Shown here piece by piece: positions 1-12,270 of a stretch of DNA of 64,000 bases. Position numbers and translations under genes: made by a program. The stretch covers positions 154,579,935-154,643,934 of the forward strand of contig NC_068983.1 of assembly GCF_001194135.2 (NCBI RefSeq), read 5' to 3'. Source of the DNA: Octopus bimaculoides. Its lineage: Eukaryota. Each line of letters opens with the position of its first letter. The stretch's first letter is position 1. The notes under the pieces are model-generated. The model had not been told where the DNA came from and made no database searches. It saw nothing but the letters and a program-made list of their open reading frames with translations.

Positions 1-59
1 CTGCTAAAAAGTTCGAATTTTACCTCAGTGATTACCCAACCATACACATATATATTTGT

Positions 60-123
60 GTTTGTGTGTGGACGTATTTGTGTGTGTGCGTGTGTGCGTG
101 TGTGTGCGTGTGTGTGTGTGTGT

Positions 124-154
<31 letters not shown>

Positions 155-248
155 CATGTTTCAGTGAGTTTATATATATATATGTATATATGGAGTGTGA
201 TTTGTTTTGTATGAGCACGCGTATTTGCATGTGCACGCATGTGTATGT

Positions 249-295
<47 letters not shown>

Positions 296-347
296 GGTTT
301 TGGTGGTGGTGGTTTTGGTAGTGGTGGTAGTAGTAGTAGTAGTTGTG

Positions 348-417
<70 letters not shown>

Positions 418-418
418 A
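60..418. repeat. (TG)n followed by compound (TAG)n/(TGG)n microsatellite
   Basis: Directly visible tandem di- and trinucleotide runs; they explain the low-complexity ORFs at 25-470. Confidence 0.95.
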
Positions 419-818
419 TACTATTTCTTTCGTATATAACTTCTACCTAGTCCAGCATATTCTCAAATAACTCGACTTGAAAAAAGAACCAATATCATGC
501 ACGATAACGCAATTTATATGTGTATGTATATCTGTGTGTGTGGTTGTGTGTTGTTTTATTGTTTTATCTCTTGAGATATTGCCTGTTCGGCATGATATTT
601 GGGAATAGGGCGATCTATAGGTTATATGACATATGAAATCAGCCACACGAGAAACGAAATTCGATTAAAACGAAAAAAATGATGTTAACATATTCGTTTT
701 ACATATGAACAGAATTTCTGTCGGAAATTAATGCATACAAAATTTAGAATCGCAAATACATTCAAATACTGACTGGAATTTCTTGATATTATATTATATT
801 ATACTATATTATGTAAAA

Positions 819-1804
819 AGGTGGTGAGTTGGCAGAATCGTTACCGTACCAGACAAAATGCTCTGCGGCATTTTGTCCGTCTTTACATTCTGAGTTCAAA
901 TTTCACCGAGGCCAACATTATCTTTCGTCCTTTCAGAGTCGATGAAATAAGTACCAACTGGACATTAGGGATCGGTGCCATCGTCTTTCTCCTACCCCGA
1001 AATTGCTGGCGTTGTGCCAAAATTTGACATTAATGTTATATTATATAAGGCTGGGAGCTGGTAGAATCGTTAGCACGCCGGGTCAGTTGCATTTCGTCTA
1101 TCTTCACGTTGACAGTTCAAATCCCGATGAGGTTGACTTTGCCTGTCACCATTTTGGAGTGGATAAAATAAGTATTACTTGCGCACTGAGGTCAATGTGA
1201 TCGATTTAGCCCCCTCCCCACTCAAATTTGATGGCTCTCGGCCAAAATTTGAAACCAACATTATATATATATCATACATTTATAGACAGACAGATAGATA
1301 GATAAATAGATAGTTGCATGGATAGATTGATTGACTGATTGACTATAAGATTAAATAAGTCAGCGAAATGACAGAATTGTTAATGCGCTGGAGAAAATGC
1401 TTAAGCGACATTTTGTCTGTCTTTACAATCTGAGTTCAAATTCTGCCTTGGTCGATTACACCTTTCATCCTTTCAGGGTCGATGAAATAAGCACTAGTTG
1501 AGTCCTTGGGTCGATGCAATGCATAGATCCTCTCACAAAACTTCAGGCCTTGTACCTATAGTAGAAACGATTATAAGGTCACATGGCGGCGAGCTGGCAG
1601 AAACGTTAAGCACGCCGGGCAAAATGCTTTGCGGTATTTCGTCTGCTGTTACGTTCTGAGTTCAAATTCCGCCGAGGTCGACTTTGCTTTTGTCGATAAA
1701 TTAAGTACTAGTTACGTATTGGGGTTGATGTAATCGACTTAATCCCTTTGTCTGTCCTTATTTGTCCCCTCTATGTTTAGCCCCTTGTGGGCAATAAAGA
1801 AATA
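819..1804 (+). mobile_element. Four tandem co-oriented SINE-A copies (~819-1035, 1048-1262, 1355-1573, 1582-1804)
   Basis: Each carries GGCGAGCTGGCAGAA..GTTAGCAC, TTCTGAGTTCAAAT (B-box-like), CCTTTCATCCTTTC..GTCGAT..AATAAGTACCAG and GGGTCGAT..ATCGAC. The last copy has a different 3' tail and a 19-bp TSD, AGAAACGATT(A/T)TAAGGTCA (1563-1581, 1805-1823). Confidence 0.9.
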
Positions 1805-2251
1805 AGAAACGATTTTAAGGTCAAATTTTTATTCCCTAATAACTAATTAGTGGATGGAATCGGTTGTGAGACTACCGAAACTTATTTTATTCAAGTTTTT
1901 GTTGCAGTTTCAAACTTTTAATGTCATTTATTTTATTTACTGAATTTTCTTTTTAAAATAGGAGAAAAAGAAAAGGAAAAGAAAACTGTGTCTCAAGTCT
2001 CACTCTCCGTCCCAGCTGTTAACTACATGGAGCTGTAATAAGGAACAGGTTTTACTCGCCATAGTTATTGAAGTTATATAACTGAGATGAAATCTCCGAT
2101 GATATCATTATCACAAAAACAGGCATCATGACTTTCATCAGATTAGGTCTTTTTTTTCCTAAGTTTGCAGGAGGCGATGTTAATTTTTAATTTCTGAAAG
2201 TCTGTAGCTGAAAGGAAAATCATACACGGATATATATGAAGTTATACATAC

Positions 2252-2304
<53 letters not shown>

Positions 2305-2829
2305 NNNNNNNNNNNNNNNNNNNNNNNNNNNNNNNNNNNNNNNNNNNNNNNNNNNNNNNNNNNNNNNNNNNNNNNNNNNNNNNNNNNNNNNNNNNNNNNN
2401 NNNNNNNNNNNNNNNNNNNNNNNNNNNNNNNNNNNNNNNNNNNNNNNNNNNNNNNNNNNNNNNNNNNNNNNNNNNNNNNNNNNNNNNNNNNNNNNNNNNN
2501 NNNNNNNNNNNNNNNNNNNNNNNNNNNNNNNNNNNNNNNNNNNNNNNNNNNNNNNNNNNNNNNNNNNNNNNNNNNNNNNNNNNNNNNNNNNNNNNNNNNN
2601 NNNNNNNNNNNNNNATCAAAAGCCACTGTCTATTTCAGGGACATTCGATTGTCTTTTTTAAGTAATACAGTATTTGTCATAAAGATAAGCATCAGTAGCG
2701 CAAATTTGTGTTTTTAGTAAATTTTAATTGGTTTATGCAGATATTTGTGTAGTTTTTATTTCTAGTTTTCAAACTCAAATAACTGATGACGATTTGGGAA
2801 ATGACAGCTGTTTGTGGTAACATGGGATA

Positions 2830-3615
2830 TAAAGAGCCTGAAGAGCGAAGAAACTAGAAATAAATCTAAGAGGAAGTTTCATAAGAAAAGTCTAGCAAAG
2901 TTATTCATGAGTTGTTAAGGAAATTTCAGAAAACGGCATCTGTGCATGATGACAGAAAATCTGGAGAAAGAATTGAATTGGTTCGAGAAGAATTTGCCGA
3001 GGATTCGCAGTTATCGACTTGTAACGTAGCTAGCACGTTGAAAATTCTCCGTGCATTAATCCACAGAATCCTACAGAATGATCTGAACAAAAACACTTAT
3101 CACATTCAAGTTGTTCACGACTTATAAGAAGAGGATTACCCATGCAGATCAGCGATGTGCACTGAGCTTATTGATCAAACTGAACAGAATTTTGTCGATT
3201 AAATCGGCGCTTCCATTGATGAAGCGACCTTCCACACGCGTGGAAAGGTTAATCGGCAAAATTGTCGCATTTGGGGAAGCAAGAAGCCAACTAAATTTCT
3301 TGAATGAGAGAGAGATACACCGTAGGTGAATGTTTCATTTGATATGACTAAATCAATAGTGTTTGGATCTTCCTTCTTTGCAGAGACCACGATCATGGGA
3401 ACTGTGTATTTTGAAATTCTAAAACGATTCTTCGAACCTCGACGTCTAACAGATAGCATTCTTGACACAGTAATTTTTCAACAGGTTGGAGCACCATGCC
3501 ATTATGCAAAGATTGTACATAATTATCTTGACAAACGCTTCGGACTTCACAGTCCGAAAGACTGCGGACTTCACAGACCTTCCTAAATCGCTGAAATCAA
3601 TGCTATTTGAAACAT
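2830..3615 (+). pseudogene. Decayed IS630-Tc1-mariner transposase, maT/DD37D-like
   Basis: Broken frames give RKFQKTASVHD, DEATFHTRGKVNRQNCRIWG, ERDTP*VNV, FFAETT and IFQQVGAPCH (QQDGAP with D>V). The third-D segment is missing. Confidence 0.8.
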
Positions 3616-4049
3616 TGCAAGAGAAAAACTGCTGCAAAGACATGAGCAGGGTGAGTTGCAGAGAGGTGACGGTCTACGAAGGAAGGATGGAGCGTAGAGA
3701 TTAGTGCGGGGACTGAAAATTATTGAGAATTTGATTAAGTCAAGGCTATATGAATGGCTTATGAATGCCTGAGTAGAGGCGACATAGCTCTGCCTACCTC
3801 GATGGACAAAGGCCATTGTAGCAACCGTACAAAAGGTTGAGGGGGAGACATATACCTGTAAACCAGAGACTTAGACATGTGTGTAGGTGGTTGTGTATTA
3901 ATCTCTTAGCTTGGAGAGGGGCGATTCTGAACGCGGTATTACATAAACGTGTAGAGCAGCAGCATCACAGTTGTGAGAACAAGTCTTCTATTGAGGATTC
4001 TAGTTGCGCGCTGCGCATGATAAAGGAATTTATGGGACAATAGTGTTTC

Positions 4050-4330
4050 CATGATATGAATAGTGTTGATGTTTTCTTGCTGAAAGAGACAAAAATTGGC
4101 AATGCTCCATTGGAGGATGCTTTCAACGCCTCTTTTTCATAGAATCTGTGTGGATTTGCCGTTTGATATCTAGTGGAAGATGCAGGGTCAGGGAAGGTTA
4201 GAGACGAATGAAGTGTAATGTTATCTGCGTAGTTGGACGTGACAGCAAGTGATTCCAAGGGTACGTCGGGGCTGATTGAATGAGGAAAGAGTTCTGGCAA
4301 CGTTTACCACGAAAGCATAACTTGATCCAA
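4050..4330 (+). pseudogene. LINE APE-endonuclease remnant
   Basis: VDVFLLKETKI resembles the D-x3-L-QET motif, followed later by LDV..and GNVY; several stops. Confidence 0.45.
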
Positions 4331-5639
4331 GTTACTGATCCAAGAGAATAGGATTTCATGAGAAGTGATCCGTGTTGCAGGCTAAGGAATAATTAGTTTA
4401 GAAATGTATTACGTTCTAGTGAATAAGAATGAACACATAATGCAAAATGCATTTTTATTAAATGCATTTTTATTGGTTCATTCTAAGATACTTATAATAA
4501 TAATACAAGAGAAGACACAGCACTACTGTTAGCAAGTATTTGAAACGTTCTTGCGGCAAGTCGGATAGTGTCTTATGAGTTTGCACCTATAATAAATGTG
4601 TCTGAAAAAAGCATGAAAACTCGTAAAAAATATGTTGGATGCCACTTACTGCTTGTGAGGAATCAGTTATTTAGATTTGACCATATATNNNNNNNNNNNN
4701 NNNNNNNNNNNNNNNNNNNNNNNNNNNNNNNNNNNNNNNNNNNNNNNNNNNNNNNNNNNNNNNNNNNNNNNNNNNNNNNNNNNNNNNNNNNNNNNNNNNN
4801 NNNNNNNNNNNNNNNNNNNNNNNNNNNNNNNNNNNNNATATATATCGTCTGCTAAAAAGAAAAAGATCACTAGTCGTTGGGATTCAACTTTAATACAGAA
4901 TAATTCAAGAATTGATGAGTAAGTTGGCCTCGTTAAATGTTCTAACGTTCACACAGTCTAGAAGTTGATGGAAATATAATCTACATATTCATTTTGATTA
5001 AACTTTAAGCAAGCTAAAGATTTACTTTTTCTTTCGAGTAGTAACGTAAAACACAAAAGTTTTATTTCCGCTGCTATCCGTCACTCAAACCACCAAAAGA
5101 ATCTCTACGCGGTCTTTCGACCTACAAGAAGTGATTGCCAAATTTCCTTCAAGTTACACCAACTGACTTAAGATACACAGCGGGATTGATAATCGATCTG
5201 ATCGATCACTACCAACACCAAACCTTCAGTAACATAATCTGAACCTCAATACTTACACTTTGTGGAGTATGTTTTAAGTGGAAGCTTCAACTAATATTGT
5301 GTGATCGTCGTGAATTTGTTACACACTTCCTGTGAGCAATGTATTGGATATAGATTCAATTCCCAGCTGGAATTTACGACTTAAGGCGATACAGATTGCT
5401 CTTAAGAAGTTTGCGCAGGATAAAACCTGTCTTTATCTCTTACTTAAGCCTCAATTATATATTTGTTGGCTTCGCTTGTAAAAGTAAATGATGCATCCGC
5501 ATTCTGGTGCCAACATGAATGCTTCAGTTATTCAATCAACACAGATATATGCATTTCAGTACTTATATATATATATATATATATATGTATATGTGTGTAT
5601 ATATATATGTATGTATATATATAGAGAGAGATACAGAGA

Positions 5640-6550
5640 GCGAAAGAAAGAGTGAGTGAGTGAATGAGTGAGTGAGTGAATGAGTGAGTGAATGAGTGAG
5701 TGAGTGATTGAGTGAGTGATTGAATATGTGAGTGAGTGGGTGAATGAGTGAGTGAGTGAGTGAGTGATTGATTGAGTGAGTGAGTGAGTGAGTGAGTGAG
5801 TGAGTGAGCGATGAGTGAGTGAATGAGTGAGTCACTGACTGACTGAGTGAGCGAGTGAGTGAGTGAGTGAGTGAATGAGTGATTGAATGAGTGAGTGAAT
5901 GAGTGAATGAGTGAGTGAGTGAGCAAGTGAGCGGGTGAGTGAGTGAGTGAGTGAATGAGTGAGTGAATGAGTGAATGAGTGATTGAGTGAGCAAGTGAAC
6001 GAGTGAGTGAGTGAGTGAGTGAATGAGTGAGTGAATGAGTGAGTGAATGAGTGAGTGAATGAGTGAATGAGTGAGTGAGCGAGTGAGTGAGTGAATGAGT
6101 GAGTGAGTGAGTGAGTGAGTGAGTGAGTGAGTGAGTGAGTGAGTGAGTGAGTGAGTGAATGAGTGAGTGAATGAGTGAGTGAATGAGTGAATGAGTGAGT
6201 GAATGAGTGAATGAGTGAGTGAGTGAGTGAGTGAGTGAATGAGTGAATGAGTGAGTGAGTGAGCAAGTGAGCGAGTGAGTGAGTGAATGAGTAAGTGAAT
6301 GAGTGATGAGTGAGTGAGTGAGCAAGTGAGTGAGTGAGTGAGTGAGTGAATGAGTGAGTGAGTGAGCAAGTGAGTGAGTGAGTGAATGAGTGAGTGAATG
6401 AGTGAGTGAATGAGTGAGTGAATAAGTGAATGAGTGAGTGAGTGAGTGAGTGAGTGAGTCAGTGAGTGAGTGAGTGAATGAGTAAGTGAATGAATGAATG
6501 AGTGAGTAAGTGAGCAAGTGAGTGAGTGAGTGAGTGAGTGGAAAAAGATA

Positions 6551-6594
<44 letters not shown>

Positions 6595-6611
6595 TTGATA
6601 GACAAACTGGC

Positions 6612-6690
<79 letters not shown>
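5640..6690. repeat. ~900-bp (GAGT)n/(GAAT)n array followed by (GATA)n/(GACA)n
   Basis: Directly visible; source of the 393-aa and 379-aa THSL-repeat ORFs. Confidence 0.95.
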
Positions 6691-6692
<2 letters not shown>

Positions 6693-7059
6693 TACACATC
6701 ATATATCAAATACCATATATTTTGAGAACAATACTTCTTGAATTATTATTGGTAAATAACCGTAACATATCTATTTGTATCTTTGACTCAATCCTCATGC
6801 AAAATCAGGGTGATACTCTGTGACAAGTCTAGGCTTTCAAATCACAGATAATGCATCCGACTGACTCCCATATATATTCCTTCTTTACAATTTCAGTGTG
6901 AAGATTTAGGTCAGATCAGGCCTGCCCACGAAGAAGTTTGTCAAATATTCTACATATTGGAAGCGAACTCAGAATCTCATGATTGGAAAGACAGCCTCTC
7001 AGCCATTCGGTTACGCCGGCGCCCACACATGATGTTGATATGTTCGGTAGAGACCCTAT

Positions 7060-7640
7060 AGTCTTCGTGTTCGTCTCCCAACTCTGGTTGACAGCGGAAA
7101 TCGGTTTGCTTACGTTCGAGTTAGCTAGCGGTTTGGCATAAGAGACCGATGGAATAAGGGCATAACTACAGATTTCTCAAAAATAACCCCCAATTGTTTT
7201 CCTCCAAAATTCCTATGTCCTCGGAATCTATATAGTCCGAGGTATATTTGTAGAGGATTTCATTAAAAGATATCCATTTTTCTTGAAAGTTAGGACGAAT
7301 TGAAGGGGACTCCGGGGAATTTTCCGAAATACCCCACTCCCACCCCTCCTAAAACACTTTTCCCAAAAACATTTTGTATATTCGGAATGTACATGTTATA
7401 AAATATATTCGTAGAAAATTTCATTAAAAAATATCCCTTTTTCTGGAAGTTATGATCATACAAATTCGGGGGTGAGGCAGAAATCTGTAGTTAAGCCAGA
7501 ATAAGTTCTAGGGTCTAAAAAACGATAAATACTGGAGTTGATTCGTTGTAGCTAAAACACTTCAAGGTGGTGCTCCAGTATGGCTGTATTCCAATGACTG
7601 AAGCTAGTAAAAGATAAAAGAAATACTTTTCCCTCTTTGG
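7060..7640 (+). mobile_element. 3' part of a composite SINE (SINE-C) split by a MITE
   Basis: GTTGACA..CGGTTTGGCA.AAGAGACCGATGGAATAAG, then the insert, then AATAAGT.CT.GGG..GGTGGTGCTCCAGTATGGC..ATGACTGAA; same motifs as 14400-14620 and the reverse complement of 57624-57800. Confidence 0.75.
7163..7493. mobile_element. 331-bp MITE with perfect 15-bp terminal inverted repeats
   Basis: TAACTACAGATTTCT (7163-7177) and AGAAATCTGTAGTTA (7479-7493); internal ~50-bp imperfect direct repeat (TATATT.GTAGA..ATTTCATTAAAA.ATATCC.TTTT..G.AAGTTA). Confidence 0.85.
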
Positions 7641-8099
7641 TAAAATATGCCCAACATATCTATTATTACGACATAGACTGATTCTGTTTTCATTCCTTTC
7701 ATTGAGGTTATCTTTATTTCTAGATCTTTATACTTGGATAGTTTCTTCATTTCTTACAGAAATAGCATATTGTTGTCTGGTGGAATTGATTACATCGATT
7801 AAAAAGCATTTTGCCAGGTGGTTTTTGACAACATCTATACCATTTTACCACTATTTCAACTACTGCTGCTGCTACAGAAAACTACGGTTACTTGCGCCTC
7901 CACCACTACCACTACTATTACAACCATTATTATCACTACTACTATTACTACTGCTATCAACGCCACCACCAGCACCATCATACAACTGCTGCTGCTACTA
8001 CTACTACTACTACTACTACAACTACTATCACCACCACCACCACGACTACTACTACTACTATTAATATTACTGCTATAACCCCGACGAATAATAATAATA

Positions 8100-8648
8100 A
8101 TTTTTTCTGCTATAAGCACAAGGCCTGGAATTCTGAGGGAGGGAGCGAGTCGATTGCATCGACCCGAGCGATCCACTGGTACTTTCTTCATCAAACCGGA
8201 AATGGTGAAACGCAAAGTCAACCACTGCGGTGTTTTAGTCTAGAGTGTAAAGGCGAACGAAATGCCTCTTAGCCTCTTGTTCGGCATCCTAACGATTCTG
8301 CCAGCTTGCCACATTAATAATAATAATAATAATAGTTTCAAGTTTTGACACAAGGCCAGCAAGTCCAGGTGACAGAGATAAGTCGATTACAACGACCCCA
8401 GTTCTCAACCGGTACTTAATTCATCGACCTCCAAAGGATGACAAGTAAAGTCGATCTCGGCGAAATTTGAATTCAGAACGTTAATATAATGTAATATATA
8501 TTCAAAGGTTTTGCCACAAGGGCAGCTTGGGAGAGGTGCGGATGAGTATATTATATCGACTCCAGTGTTCAACTGGTACTTATTTTATCGTCCTCGAAAG
8601 GATGAAAGGAAAAGTCAACCTTGTTGGAATTTGAACTCAGAACGTAAA
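8100..8648 (-). mobile_element. Three tandem SINE-A copies or fragments separated by (AAT)n
   Basis: Reverse-strand motifs CACAAGGCC, GTCGATTACATCGAC, CTGGTACTT, GAAAGG.AAAGTC and GAATTTGAACTCAGAACGT recur at ~8100-8313, 8335-8480 and 8505-8648. Confidence 0.85.
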
Positions 8649-8670
8649 TCTAATAATAATAACAATGATG

Positions 8671-8776
<106 letters not shown>

Positions 8777-9150
8777 NNNNNNNNNNNNNNNNNNNNNNNN
8801 NNNNNNNNNNNNNNNNNNNNNNNNNNNNNNNNNNNNNNNNNNNNNNNNNNNNNNNNNNNNNNNNNNNNNNNNNNNNNNNNNNNNNNNNNNNNNNNNNNNN
8901 NNNNNNNNNNNNNNNNNNNNNNNNNNNNNNNNNNNNNNNNNNNNNNNNNNNNNNNNNNNNNNNNNNNNNNNNNNNNNNNNNNNNNNNNNNNNNNNNNNNN
9001 NNNNNNNNNNNNNNNNNNNNNNNNNNNNNNNNNNNNNNNNNNNNNNNNNNNNNNNNNNNNNNNNNNNNNNNNNNNNNNNNNNNNNNNNNNNNNNNNNNNN
9101 NNNNNNNNNNNNNNNNNNNNNNNNNNNNNNNNNNNNNNNNNNNNNNNNNN

Positions 9151-9326
9151 AAATATATATAACATACAGAAAATTGCACTACTGGGTACTGCACACATCC
9201 TACGCAAAACACTTTCAATACAGTAAACATAAGAGCACCACAGCAAACCACAGCACATACCCAAGGCGCACAGAGCTGTGCTCGGTAGTGAAGTGAAAGC
9301 ACGTTATAAAAATAAAACTACTGAAC
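9151..9326 (+). mobile_element. 3' end of Dong/R4-like RLE LINE with (AAT)n tail
   Basis: 9152-9226 encodes NIYNIQKIALLGTAHILRKTLSIQ*, the typical R4/Dong C-terminus; a ~100-nt 3' UTR then (AAT)n. (AAT)n also lies left of the gap. Confidence 0.85.
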
Positions 9327-9399
9327 AATAATAATAATAATAATAAACAACAACAACAACAATAATAATAATAATAATAATGATTGTTATTATTTATTT

Positions 9400-11680
9400 T
9401 ATTTGCCACTAGAGTGAAAGATGAAGGGGACAGTAAAAAGACAGACATAAAGTGTTGGGGTTTACATATAATGGGAAAAAGTATACAAAAAAGAGAAGTA
9501 TGCATAGTATACATCACTAGAGAAAAAAAAGTAATAGTGATGGGGGTCCTTCTGATACAGGAGGGCCTCTAGGGAGGACCTCAAGGAACCCAACGATCCA
9601 ACATCATCCTGAATTCCAAGGACGAGTGCCCTCTCCAAATCCCTTTCTTCCGACTCACAGGTCTACACTGAGAGTGGTACCATCNNNNNNNNNNCACTGA
9701 GAGTGGTACCATCCACTCTTGCCATTTTCGCAACTTTCACCCACCTCTTAGTAAATTCACTCGAGAACAGCACCTCCCTCTCCTCTCTCACTTTCTTTTT
9801 CAAATGGGGAATGTATCTCTCCTCGTTCCTTTCAACCTCGTCCACCAAACAACCTCTTTCACTACAGCCACCAGATAAAGAAAAACTGCCTTGCCTGCCT
9901 GACTAAAGGAGGACGGCGGGGCAATCATCGTTATGGACTCAGCTGACAGATGGATCCCTTCCACACGCGACAGCACCTGTTCGATATACCTCCACAAGTC
10001 AGCAATACACGGATACTGAACGAGTGCAAGCAAAACGGGTTTGTCGCTCCTCGAGCATCTCGGAGAAGCCCGTTTGACAGCACATCTGTGCCCATAGAAT
10101 TTATCTCGAACTTGTAGCGCTCCCACCCCCGGTAGCATTGCCAAAGACATTTGCAAATTATCCATAATAGTTCCCGACCGTAAAGTCTTCCGGAATAGAC
10201 TTGCCAGTTCGTCTTCGTCGACGCCTAGGGTCTCCCCGAAGACGTCCTCGCATTTCCCCGCAACTAATCCTCTCTATATAGCTAAAGTGAAACATCTACC
10301 GATCCTATTGGCGGACTTATAGAGGATAGTCCGCCTCTAGTACTAAAGAGCAAGGCGTTTCCAAGAATGTTTCTAGACACCTGCAGAAATTTGGTCTTCC
10401 AGCCCCTGTTGGGGCATAAACCGCCACCAGTCTAAAGGCGCCACTTTCGCCGCTGTTCACTATCCATGTACAGAAAGATAGCCCTGTACTTGGAGATCTA
10501 AGGATGTCCTAGAGTAGCACTGCAACACTGCCACCTGCTCTCGTTAGACCACAAGATGAGAATACATCCATCTGAAACCTCGAAAATGATTGCTAGAGCC
10601 TGTTTTCTGGAGATTCTTATTTCATTAATAGCAGCCACATCTAAAACAAGCGAGATTATTGAGCAAGTGATCTTGCATCCAAGCTGATCCCAGGCCACGC
10701 ACATTCACATATGTGACATCTTGGCTTTCTACCCTTCACTAACACTGACAGATGAGTAACAGCCGAGAGATCAATTAGATCGGGCAGCTAGTCGATATGG
10801 TCTTACTTACATTGTAAAGTCAGTTCCATACCTATACCTGACCAGTTTTGCTTAGATATTTTCTTGACCTCCAAGATTGTCACCTCGTCTTCTGATTCTG
10901 CCAAGACGGCCGCCACTAACTAGTTGATGGATATTTCTAGCGGCGCATTCAGCACCCTAAGTTTAATTAACTCCGATGCAGCGGTATGTGACCTTGCATC
11001 TCAAAATATTCTCTATCACACCGGATGGAGGTTTTAGGGCTACCCTTCTCCCATTCCTTTTAGCAATTTTCCTTGCCACTTTAAAATCTTCATCTCCAAA
11101 TTTCTCGCAGCAATCGCAAAAGAAACTGCAACAGAGGCGTTTTTGGCGGCCGTGGCAGTGGTGATATTCGTGTTTCTAAGCTTTACTTCTTTGTTATCAT
11201 CATCGTCGTCGTTGTTGTTGCTATTGTTATTGTCCCTGCTGTTGCTGTTGCTATTGGTATTGTTGTTGCCGTCACCGAAAGTTTTGACGTTGCTTAGAGA
11301 CGAAACAGTATTTGCCTCCGTGACGTCATTAAGTGTAGGCCATTCTATATATTTGTTCTCATTTTTCTCCGACAAGGAATGCAGCCCATTCTCGAACATT
11401 ATAATGACTTCTTTATTAGCCATCTTTAAATAGTTGAAGAGCATGGCAAAATATTTGCTTTTGCCGAAAGTAATTAAAATTCAAAAATTATTGATGCGCA
11501 GCCTTTGAAAAACAGTGGGTGTTTCTATATAAAAATATTATCTGGGCAGTTCAGACAATCCCAGAAAAGCGATGGTAACAATAAAAATGAAAACACGGGG
11601 CCTTAGAAGCCCGAAAAGATTACAAACACTATTTAAACTTACACAGCTTCAAATTTCCGTGACTTTACAGTATGGTGGCC
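9400..11680 (-). mobile_element. Internally deleted Tx1/L1-like LINE: 5' end, ORF1 N-terminal part, EN N-terminal half, C-terminal Zn region, 3' UTR; no RT
   Basis: Minus-strand motifs in order: ORF1 ..LPDLIDL..VLVKGRKPRCHIC; EN NVRGL, DVAAINE, RAGGSVAVLL, GAFRLVAVYAP, LVLEAD; then directly RGLVAG..MDNLQMSLA..LQVRDKFYGH..PRCSRS..LALVQ..DLW..VVWWTRLKG. (AAT)n on both sides. Confidence 0.85.
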
Positions 11681-11716
<36 letters not shown>

Positions 11717-11726
11717 NNNNNNNNNN

Positions 11727-11737
<11 letters not shown>

Positions 11738-11758
<21 letters not shown>

Positions 11759-11968
11759 CTTTTCTACCATAGGCACAAGGCCTGAAATTTAAGGAAGGGA
11801 ACAGTCTATTACGTCAAACTCAGTATTTCATTAGTATTTAATTTATCGATCCCGAAAGGATGAAAGGCAAATTCGACCTCGACAGAATTTGAACTCTAAA
11901 CATGAAGATAGACAAAATACCGCTAAGCATTTTTCCCAGCTTCCTAATGATTCTGTCAACTTGCCAAT
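11738..11968 (-). mobile_element. SINE-A copy embedded between (AAT)n arrays
   Basis: CCTTT.CTAC.ATAGGCACAAGGCCTGAAATTT...GATTCTG.CAACTTGCC; (AAT)n at 11681-11737 and 11971-12055. Confidence 0.9.
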
Positions 11969-12055
<87 letters not shown>

Positions 12056-12056
<1 letters not shown>

Positions 12057-12205
12057 CAGGACTTAGAAAATTGCACTACTGGGTACTGCACACATTCTAC
12101 GNNNNNNNNNNAAGCACCACAGCAAACCACAGCACATACACAAGGCGCACAGAGCTGCGCTCGGTAGTGAAGTGAAAGCACGTTATAAAAATAAAACTAC
12201 TGAAC
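12056..12205 (+). mobile_element. Second, 5'-truncated Dong/R4-like 3' end with (AAT)n(GAT)n tail
   Basis: KIALLGTAHILR plus the same 3' UTR as 9151-9326, with only about 4 mismatches over the readable part. Confidence 0.85.
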
Positions 12206-12230
12206 AATAATAATAATAATAATAATAATA

Positions 12231-12267
<37 letters not shown>

Positions 12268-12270
<3 letters not shown>

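Noticed and set aside
5528-6709. 393-aa and 379-aa ORFs
   Set aside because: They are translations of (ACTC)n and (TCTA)n microsatellites with no coding complexity.
9665-9715. Direct repeat CACTGAGAGTGGTACCATC around 10 Ns
   Set aside because: Overlapping contig ends; the homologous copy at ~12545 has a single unit.
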